DNA from: Zygophlyctis sp. KS116
Taxonomy: Eukaryota; Fungi; Chytridiomycota
NCBI GenBank assembly: GCA_054661495.1
Contig: BAAFSQ010000405.1
Location: 1 to 7,628 of the forward strand
Reading direction: 5' to 3'
DNA length: 7,628 bases
This document shows, piece after piece, positions 1 to 7,159 of the stretch; position 1 is the stretch's first letter, and every line of letters begins with the position of its first letter. The position numbers and the translations under genes were made by a program. Under the pieces are notes generated by a model. That model was not told where the DNA came from, made no database searches, and saw nothing but the letters and a program-made list of their open reading frames with translations.

Positions 1-1713
1 CGGGATGGCATTTGAGTAGGTCGAGCCAAGTTTGTGAGAATCGGGACAGTTTTCCATTTGAGCCATGCACATAAACTAATATGATCAGACGGGAAATGTG
101 AAGATGGGAGTGAAGTTAAACTTGACAAATAGCTTGTCATTTCGAAATTATTTCCACATTCAATCGAGTCTGGTGATAAAATAAAGTCATCAGTAAAGTC
201 TAGACTGCCTTCAATCAGTGTACTAGAAGAAGATCCATTAAGATTATTAAGGGCTTTTGATGGTTGAAAAACATCACATAATACGTCTCTAACAGAAAGT
301 GTACCACTTGAATATAATATATGATCAATTACCCCTTGAAATTCAGGAGTTTTATTTGTGAATGGCAAGTCACGAGAATTATATGCAGAGGCAAGCTTTA
401 CACCTTGACGTTGATTAGCAAACATATTCATGTGTTTTCTCGCATCTTCAAGCCCTTGATGAGCAATATCAAAGAAAAAAGGAGATATACTTCTAGGAAT
501 TTCTAGCCCCGGTTCAACCGCTGTCTCTGTCGACATTTGCTGAAAAGACTGAACCTTTGGAGGAAATACTTTTCCTCTAATCAAATAATCAATAACCGGC
601 TCTCCGGGTTTAGAGTTGAAATCACCTGCAATCACTGTAGGTAAACATGAATCTTTGGACTCTAACCATTCCACCAAAATTGAAGCCTGCAAAAGTTTAA
701 TATCTGAATAATCTGGATCCCAATGTAAATGAGTAGTTGCAATCCGAACTTTCAAAGACTTTGCAAACCTATTTTGAAAAACACAGACTAGAGCTATATT
801 AGAAAACTGAGAAATTCTCTTTTTTAAATAGTCTGGCATATGAGAAGGAATCCTTTCATGATACGCAAAAGCCTGTACATTTAAGATGGAAAATCTAGAA
901 ATTTGATAAAAAATAGCACAACCATCTGCAGAATGATCTCTCTTCTTCTTTTGAAAATGCCCTTGATATCCCATTCTTTGCAGTTCAGATAAGAAATAAC
1001 CATTAAAATCCGATGCTTGCAACTCCTAATTCTTTAACCTCTTTAAAGTAATTACTTGTAGACAAATAAAATCTGGTGAATAGAAAATAATTTCATCTAG
1101 TATTTTCCTTCTTCTAATTTCCCAGTCTAAATGTATAGGATCCGTTAAATGAAATTTTTCCAAAGTCCCATAAAATGGAGCTAACAGATTATAAGACATT
1201 ACCATAAAATGCCTAGAATCTATTTGCCCTGTAGTCTTCTTCTTCCATTCTCTTCTTGGTAAAGTAATTGTCCCTATTTTCAATTCTAAAATTAGTACCT
1301 TGCATTCCATTATACAAACTTCTAGGAATCTTGATCACATTACACCCATCTTCTACATGTAGAGTATAAGGATCTTTAGAGTGATTAAATTCCAAAGGAT
1401 CAAAGGTTGACGATTGAATATTTTCCAATTTTAAATTTGCCAAAATTTCAGGAAAAGATCTAGATTCTGTGGGTGCTGAACCTACTCTCTGACTAGTACT
1501 ATCCTTCATTACAGAAATACAAGATGATCCACTCCTAACCAAAGTTTCAGAAATCTTCCGTTGTCCAGTGACCAAATTCGGAATTTTTACATTTGAAGCA
1601 AACCGTTCTCTTAAAAGTAGAAATTCCCTTGTATAAGAAATTTTATGAGACTCTTTAGACTTTTTGAGCGCATCAGAGAGTGCAGACTTTTGACTTGGAA
1701 TCGGCAGTTGCAT
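1..1713 (-). CDS. CCR4: CCR4/CNOT6-like EEP-family nuclease (deadenylase-like), LRR-less, 3' partial; exons 1713-1299, 1273-1056, 1025-<1
   Basis: The manually spliced translation shows the CCR4-type motif series: LPRREW, VMSYNLLA, DFICLQE (E supplied after intron 2), DGCAIFY, TTHLHWDPDYSDIKLLQ, IAGDFNS, FTNKTPEFQGVIDHILY and HFPSDHISL. Exon 3 is open from 1025 to the window edge with no stop, which is why the ORF track missed it. HWDP..D.KL.Q resembles CCR4/CNOT6 more than Angel or nocturnin. It may be a paralog rather than the CCR4 ortholog. Confidence 0.88.
1026..1055 (-). other. Spliceosomal intron, 30 nt (CCR4-like gene intron 2)
   Basis: GTAATTACTTTAAAGAGGTTAAAGAATTAG, phase 0. Removal joins ICLQ to ELQASDF, rebuilding the catalytic LQE motif. 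The terminal TAG is an in-frame stop if the intron is retained. Confidence 0.92.
1274..1298 (-). other. Spliceosomal intron, 25 nt (CCR4-like gene intron 1)
   Basis: GTACTAATTTTAGAATTGAAAATAG, phase 1. Removal joins ORF 1713..1213 (…YNGMQ) in frame to ORF 1310..1026 (GTITLPRREW…). Confidence 0.82.
1615..1644 (-). other. Canonical eIF4E-binding motif YxxxxLΦ (KISYTREFLL, aa 24-33) in the N-terminus of the CCR4-like protein
   Basis: Direct translation gives Y27-T-R-E-F-L32-L33, with a basic residue at -3 and R at +2. This pattern resembles 4E-BP (RIIYDRKFLL/M) and eIF4G (YDREFLL) motifs. It lies in an S/K-rich, probably disordered region. Confidence 0.6.
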
Positions 1714-1787
1714 TTAATACTTGACCCAGACCTAGATTGAACAAGAAATTTTTCTTGACTGAATTTGGACAAGAAATTTTTGTTGTA
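1714..1787. promoter_or_regulatory. 74-bp divergent intergenic region (putative bidirectional promoter) with two ACAAGAAATTTTT copies (1741-1753, 1769-1781)
   Basis: It lies between ATG 1713 (-) and the first in-frame ATG 1788 (+). It contains an exact 13-bp direct repeat, and the first copy is part of the dyad CAAGAAA-TT-TTTCTTG (1742-1757). The core AAATTTTT matches the RRPE-like AAAWTTTT. Confidence 0.5.
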
Positions 1788-4700
1788 ATGAGAGGTCGAA
1801 AGAAGGGATTCTTAAAGGCTCTAGAGTCTGGCAATGATATTTTTAGTAGAGATAATTTAATGCATTTAGATCCCACTAGTAGAAATTATACATTTCCATT
1901 TTGGGATTTTATACTGGGAAAAGATTTTAATCTTTATTTCCAACAGTACTGTAGGTCATTATCATGTATTTCAGTCTTTCAAGAGTCCGAAAGGTTGGAA
2001 AAGATGGAAAAGTTTTTGTTTTTTCTATTAGAAAATACAAAAGATTTGGAATGCATTCATGTGTTTTTAGACTCTTGTGGGAATTTAAGAGATTCTACAA
2101 GACTAGAATTACTGGAAAAATTATTGGAAATTTCAAGTTTGGATTTTAGGGTTTATAGTCGACTTATTGTATTGAATTTTGGGATTTTAGAAAAAGAATT
2201 ACTACAGGTTTTTCAAATTTTAGCATTTGTAAGTGTATTTTACTTTAATTTTAGGAATTTAAAAGTAATGATCTAGAGATTCCAAGAAATTCACGTGATT
2301 ATAGAATAGAATTAGGAATCAAGGTTGTGGATAATTTTGCAAATGCAAGAAAGTTGCATGAATTTTTATTAAAATATTTTGAAAATGATTCAACTTTTAG
2401 CGATATAATTACTAATCAAGAGGTTTTGGACGTGTATACTTTTATTGAAAATAATTTTAATAGTCTTGCACTTCATATATCAAAAGCTTCAAGCTCTATA
2501 AGTTGTCAGATTTTAAATGTTTGTGTTGGAATTTTAAATCAAATATGGGCAAGGAAAGAAAAAAGGAAAATTAGTCATATATCTACTATAATATTACTTA
2601 TAGTAAGGCATGCAAGGGTATCAACAGTTTCAAAAAAATCAGTCTTTGAATCTTGCATAGAATTTCATTCAAAGATTTTACTACCTTGTTTAGAGAAAAA
2701 GAAATTATCAAGTTTTGATGCTAATATTTTAGCAGTTTGGCATGGTTTTCTTGAAGCTTTTAATTTTTACTCTGAAGAATATCTTTCTTCAAAACTTGTT
2801 TTAGAGTTGATTTCACTAAACAAGAATGGGGATGGGCAAAACACTGTGGGAATCTGGCAAACTAAAATTGCGCTATTGTATCTGGATCATGTTGCAAGTA
2901 CTGTTCAAGATCCGTTTCAAGTAAAGGATTTATCCTTGATTATTTCAAGGTTGAGTCTGTTAAAGAATTTGAAACTTGTTGAAAATAAGGATCACATACT
3001 TTCAGTTCTGTGTCATTTGACTCTAATATGCAGACTTGGTTCTCCTGATCAAATAGAGGCGATTGTAAAATACATTCTAAAATTGATCAGAAGAAATGAT
3101 CCTATATCAGAGATATTACTTCGATCAGCAGTATTTTTTGAAATACCACAGATTCGTGATTGTTTTTTGGATCTTTGGTTTCATCAAATGAACAAGCAAC
3201 TCAAGAAACTTTCTTCTGGCATAGATTTCAAGAACCTTTTTAGTCAAGCTCAAAAAGACGATTTAAGCAATTTTACAAAAGAATCTAGCTTATTGTTTGA
3301 AAATAACATTGGTGATCCGGACTCTTTTTTTCAGAATGATTTACAATTAGATGGTCTCTTAGAAATGCTTACATGTTTAGAACGATTTCCAGCTCATTAT
3401 TTTTCAGATAGTGCAGAAAAGAAGATTGTTTCAGCTTTGATATTAATGGATAAAGTTGGTTCTATGATTCAAGATATGCCGAATCGTATTTCATGGTTAG
3501 GCCATACCAGAAGTCTTTTGGCATCTCACATCAAGAGGTGTCAACACCATTTGTTTTTTGTAAAACGTTTTTTAGCTAAAAAATAGTCTGGCTTCTCCTC
3601 ATATCTGGTCTATCTTTTAGAGACAGTCGATATGGTTGATTTTTCAGAAAACTTTAACCAGGAAGAGTCTGTCAGATGGGACACTATTACAATAGTACAG
3701 CTTATTATTGGGAAATTGTGCCCGCCAAAGTTTCAAAGTTCTTTATATAATTCAATACTTGATTATAGAAGCAAAAAGACCGCAAATACAGCTTACTGGG
3801 ACTATGCTCTATTTTCAACAATGTTTAAACTAATGTCGAAGAAAAGGTATCTATCAAAGATGAATGTTAAATAATAGTGGGAATGCGGATGCTTTAGCTT
3901 TGATTAACATTGATGAACTGTCAGTGAGAGTCCTTGACGAGACTTTTTCTGGGGGATTTGAAAGCAAGATTCAAATGATGGCAGTCGATGAAATTCTTAA
4001 AGTTCTGGAAAAGGCTGGTTTAAATGATACTATTAATCTCTGTTGTGAAAAACTCCAATCATATCATGGACTGTGCCCAGAAAAAAGTCCGTCGTGGTGT
4101 TATTCCTTTGAGCTCTTATGTAATTGGTTTAAATATATTCCTCAAAATATACATTTACAGATTTTAGAATCTGGCTGGGAAAACGTGGAGAGTCAATCAG
4201 TTAAAAGTGGAATAAATCGAATGATTGAGAACGCCAGTAACGATCAATCTATAGTTATCGCCGAAAATGTTATTTGCACAATTTCCAGAATTATTAAAGG
4301 ATTAAATAGTACTAAGAATGAAATAATTCCGGCTGAATCGGTAATTAGACCTTTAAAGATTTTTTTTGAAATGGATACGATGACAGGTAAATATCTTTTG
4401 ATTAGATTTACTATTTAGCTGGAGGAAAAATTATACTGAAGCAGTTGTCAGAATTTCTACATTCGTTTCTCATATTGTGTGCCCTCACACCAAATATCAA
4501 ATCCATTATCTCTATTTTAGACTTTTGCCATTGTTTGATTAGTAATAAGGTAAAATCTAGCTAAAATGATTTACTGATAGAATTTCACCCTTTCTTCCTT
4601 ACAAATTTGCAAAATTATGGAAATAATATCTGCTATAGGAGAATCTGATATTCGCTCTGATGTTCAAGAAGAAAAATCGGAATTGTTTGAACATATTTAT

Positions 4701-5274
4701 CTTGTCGCAAATGACATTGTAAGATACCAAAGAGAATCACTAGTAAACGTAATCCCTCACTTTATAAGTGTTCTTCAAGATCTTCTAAGGTAATATTTTA
4801 TATCAAATAACTTGAAGAGTTTTCCAGGAGAAGCCGGTATCTTACCCATATATGGCTAAGGAAGAAGCCCCGGCAAGATGTAGATTTGATATATTATGTC
4901 ACGGACGTTTACCATCACCTTCAAAGCTATCCTCTCTTTATTCCAATATTATTATGTCTATGACACAAAAACCAAGCAGGGAAGTATCCGATGAAACTTT
5001 GCTTACCTCTCAGACATCGCGTTATATCAAACCATTTTCAAAGCATGCACCATTTCTTATAATTGAATTTATCACCATTCAATCTTCCAAAAGAACATTC
5101 CAGCCTGATTGTAAAAAGAATCTCACAAACGGAATGTACTCACTACTTCATCTTTGCAGTAAGCACGGCCATGATTTTGTTTTGGCAACTCTAGATCCTC
5201 ACTCTGGTTCTCGTCCTTTATTTAAAAAGTTATTCTCTGAATGGGAAGCTGATCATAAATTTAATGGAGTTTAA
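1788..5274 (+). CDS. URB2: URB2/Npa2-like nucleolar pre-ribosomal-associated protein, ~1103 aa; exons 1788-2228, 2255-3559, 3587-3846, 3878-4386, 4419-4549, 4581-4789, 4818-5274
   Basis: Six short GT-AG introns join five track ORFs and two untracked exons into one frame of 3312 nt including the stop. The product is a large Leu-rich helical protein. Its C-terminus resembles the Urb2/Npa2 domain: LFEHIYLVANDIVRYQRESLVNVIPHFISVLQDLLRVF … KPFSKHAPFLIIEF … LTNGMYSLLHLCS … LD … RPLFKKLFSEWEADHKFNGV*. The start is the first in-frame ATG after TGA 1722-1724. Confidence 0.82.
2229..2254 (+). other. Spliceosomal intron, 26 nt (URB2 intron 1)
   Basis: GTAAGTGTATTTTACTTTAATTTTAG, phase 0. Removal joins …QILAF to EFKSNDLEI…, in frame with ORF 2327..3586. 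Confidence 0.88.
3560..3586 (+). other. Spliceosomal intron, 27 nt (URB2 intron 2)
   Basis: GTAAAACGTTTTTTAGCTAAAAAATAG, phase 0, with a GCTAA branch-like site. The terminal TAG is an in-frame stop if retained. The frame continues SGFSSYL… into ORF 3632..3874. Confidence 0.85.
3847..3877 (+). other. Spliceosomal intron, 31 nt (URB2 intron 3)
   Basis: GTATCTATCAAAGATGAATGTTAAATAATAG, phase 2 (AG|T = Ser). Removal joins ORF 3632 to the frame of ORF 3864 (SGNADAL…). Confidence 0.85.
4387..4418 (+). other. Spliceosomal intron, 32 nt (URB2 intron 4)
   Basis: GTAAATATCTTTTGATTAGATTTACTATTTAG, phase 1 (G|CT = Ala). Removal opens the exon AGGKIILKQLSEFLHSFL…CLISNK. Confidence 0.85.
4550..4580 (+). 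other. Spliceosomal intron, 31 nt (URB2 intron 5)
   Basis: GTAAAATCTAGCTAAAATGATTTACTGATAG, phase 0. The next exon NFTLSSLQICKIMEII…LQDLL is open and Urb2-like. Confidence 0.87.
4790..4817 (+). other. Spliceosomal intron, 28 nt (URB2 intron 6)
   Basis: GTAATATTTTATATCAAATAACTTGAAG, phase 2 (AG|A = Arg). Removal gives LLRVFQEKPVSYPYMAKEE…, in frame with ORF 4852..5274. The nearby AGs at 4819, 4827 and 4830 are out of frame. Confidence 0.82.
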
Positions 5275-5347
5275 ATGCGTTCATAACAAAATTTAGATTA
5301 TAGAAAATCATGCTTGAATAAGAAGAAAATAATTTTACTGAAAGAAT

Positions 5348-7009
5348 TTATTCATCTATTGCAAGAGCATTAAAGTAATTCCCCATGTTTGCGGCTACAT
5401 CAGCCATAGTCCATGAACTTCGATGTGGCAATTGGCTTCCTTCTTCAGTATAGCTTCCATCTGTCCAGCTTTCTAGAAGCTTACTGGCAATTCTTTCAGC
5501 ACCAACACGTCCACCTAGTAAGTTGGCCGCAGTAGGACCAAGAGTTAAAGATGCATAACCTCCCATTACATAAAATTCCAAGTCTTTATGTATTCTTAGA
5601 TTATCATCCAAAATAGGTAGACCATTAACAGAGCGTAAGTTATAACTTTCTGCAATGTCTTTGAACACAGGCTCTTGAAAAATGTCATAAACACTCCCAG
5701 TAGCCAACCAAATTTGATCACATTGATATTTCAAACCAGAATTATCACTCATTTTGTATTCCCAAATCCCTTCTTCAATATCTTTAGAGGAAGATATCCA
5801 TTCACAATTACTGATACCAGAGTTTTGACAAATTTGAAGAATTCCTGAATTCACATAATTTTCAAGTATTTTGGCATACTCAGGAGTAATACTCCCTCCA
5901 TTTCTTTCCTTTTGAATCATATGAAGCCGAGACTTGTGATTCCTTTCCATCCAAAATTTTGCTAACCATCTTCCAGAATTTCTACCCATCAGATCCAGTG
6001 AAAAATCAAATTGCCGCACCTTCAAAGAAGATCTCATAATCAACTTGACATTTGTAAATCCACGTTTAACAGCCTTATGAACCATTTGAGCAGCTGTAAG
6101 ACCTCCTCCAACAACTACAAGACTCGCATTTTGGTGACTAGACAATTTCCCTTGAAGAGACTTTGGAATAATTTCTAAATGACCATGAGACAAATGATCA
6201 ATTTCATCTAAAGAAAGACAATCAATAAAATCACTAGCATGAGATATACGAGAGAACGGGAAAGGATTTTTAATTTCCTTTACAAAATCTGGAATCTTTT
6301 TCATATTTGTGTTTCCAATTGCACAAACAAGAGCATCTGTATAGATTATAGTATCCTTTAAACATCCAGCCTCTCCACAAGAGTAAGTAATCTCAAATCC
6401 CTTTTCCTTTTTTTCAACTTTAGTACATATTCCTTGAACTACCATATCATACAAATTATATCTATGAATCAAATCTGTACAAAAATCTGAAAATAATTCC
6501 GTGCCAGGAGTATAAAATTGTTCCCTGTCAGCATGATTTAAATTCTTAAAACCTGTACATTTCTTCTTCTTTGAGCCCCCATGATGATTTTTACAATTAT
6601 CAACCAGATGAGTTATATCATGCAACTCATTAGCTCTACCTCTTGAATGAGCAAATGCTCTTAAAGCTTCCGGAGAGCCTGGATCCATATGAAAAAACAA
6701 TGGCGAGCGAAGATATTCAATATCATAAGCTTTAAAACTCTTATCCCATTTTGCCATCCATTCACCGTATTTATCAATCACCAGAATACGTCTATTAAGA
6801 TCATTCAGAAGCAAAGGCGCAATATTGTCCAATCCATTAGACTTGTGAGACTTTCCTGAATGCAAATGATGTAATCGATCATGTTCAGTATCTGATATTA
6901 CAGAGCTTGGCCATCGTTCCAACAAACGAGTCACCAGGGCCAGAGCGTTAGGACCGGCTCCAATTACAACTAGATCATAGTGAGTGCATTCAAAACAGTC
7001 TTGAGTCAT
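5348..7009 (-). CDS. FAD/NAD(P)H-dependent flavoprotein, 553 aa (class B monooxygenase / lysine-ornithine N-hydroxylase-related, LRSP-motif subfamily); substrate unknown
   Basis: This is an uninterrupted ORF. The first ATG is at 7009 (MTQDCF…), whereas the track start at 7039 is a GTG. Motifs: FAD Rossmann YDLVVIGAGPNAL, W..F..YDIEYLRSPLFFHMDP, a second Rossmann VVVGGGLTAAQ followed by LIMRS (Arg suggests NADPH), WLATG, GLPILDDNLR and YVMGGYASLTLGPTAANLLGGRVGAERI. Confidence 0.85.
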   Translation of the reverse strand: MTQDCFECTHYDLVVIGAGPNALALVTRLLERWPSSVISDTEHDRLHHLHSGKSHKSNGLDNIAPLLLNDLNRRILVIDKYGEWMAKWDKSFKAYDIEYLRSPLFFHMDPGSPEALRAFAHSRGRANELHDITHLVDNCKNHHGGSKKKKCTGFKNLNHADREQFYTPGTELFSDFCTDLIHRYNLYDMVVQGICTKVEKKEKGFEITYSCGEAGCLKDTIIYTDALVCAIGNTNMKKIPDFVKEIKNPFPFSRISHASDFIDCLSLDEIDHLSHGHLEIIPKSLQGKLSSHQNASLVVVGGGLTAAQMVHKAVKRGFTNVKLIMRSSLKVRQFDFSLDLMGRNSGRWLAKFWMERNHKSRLHMIQKERNGGSITPEYAKILENYVNSGILQICQNSGISNCEWISSSKDIEEGIWEYKMSDNSGLKYQCDQIWLATGSVYDIFQEPVFKDIAESYNLRSVNGLPILDDNLRIHKDLEFYVMGGYASLTLGPTAANLLGGRVGAERIASKLLESWTDGSYTEEGSQLPHRSSWTMADVAANMGNYFNALAIDE

Positions 7010-7032
7010 TTGTGTTGATCGTTTCACCCACA

Positions 7033-7123
7033 AAATCACTTACCCACGCAATTTTGATCCGCAGTGTAACAGATCAGCATCGCAAATCATAATCTATAAA
7101 TCACTTTAATCTCAAATCACTTT
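7033..7123. repeat. Three AAATCACTT copies (7033-7041, 7098-7106, 7114-7122) plus AAATCAT (7084-7090) upstream of the flavoprotein gene; candidate cis-element
   Basis: An exact 9-mer occurs three times in the 150-bp intergenic region, and 7084-7123 forms a degenerate tandem array. The function is inferred only. Confidence 0.5.
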
Positions 7124-7159
7124 GGCAATAGTCTCCATTGTCATAAACACGCGTAAAAA

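Noticed and set aside
321-506. 61-aa + strand ORF
   Set aside because: It is antisense to the conserved CCR4-like exon 3 and has no recognisable motifs, so it is a shadow ORF.
1213-1310. Overlapping ORFs suggesting a programmed frameshift or pseudogene (also at 3864-3874 and 7392-7414), and in-frame TAGs at 1026-1028 and 3584-3586 suggesting readthrough or a variant genetic code
   Set aside because: Each break is resolved by a GT-AG intron of 25-32 nt, and where a conserved motif spans the junction (LQE, YEQI) it is restored. The three complete 3' ends use normal TAA stops.
1414-1440. LANLKLENI as a relic leucine-rich repeat in the CCR4-like N-terminus
   Set aside because: It is a single imperfect LxxLxL match without the conserved Asn position or neighbouring repeats, which is not enough to call an LRR domain.
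1673-1876. 67-aa - strand ORF spanning the divergent promoter
   Set aside because: It overlaps URB2 exon 1 antisense and the CCR4-like start out of frame, and has no motifs. It cannot be fully excluded as an upstream ORF but has no support.
1964-2149. 61-aa + strand ORF
   Set aside because: It is an alternative frame inside URB2 exon 1 and is compositionally a by-product of the G/T/A-rich sequence.
7000-7080. Alternative first exon for the flavoprotein (ATG 7080, MLICYTADQNCV) with a GTAAGT…CAAG intron at 7043-7000
   Set aside because: It is frame-compatible, but the intron would be 44 nt and GC-richer than the nine 25-32-nt introns. The apparent donor coincides with a copy of the AAGTGATTT motif, and ATG 7009 already gives a complete N-terminus. 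RNA-seq could settle it.
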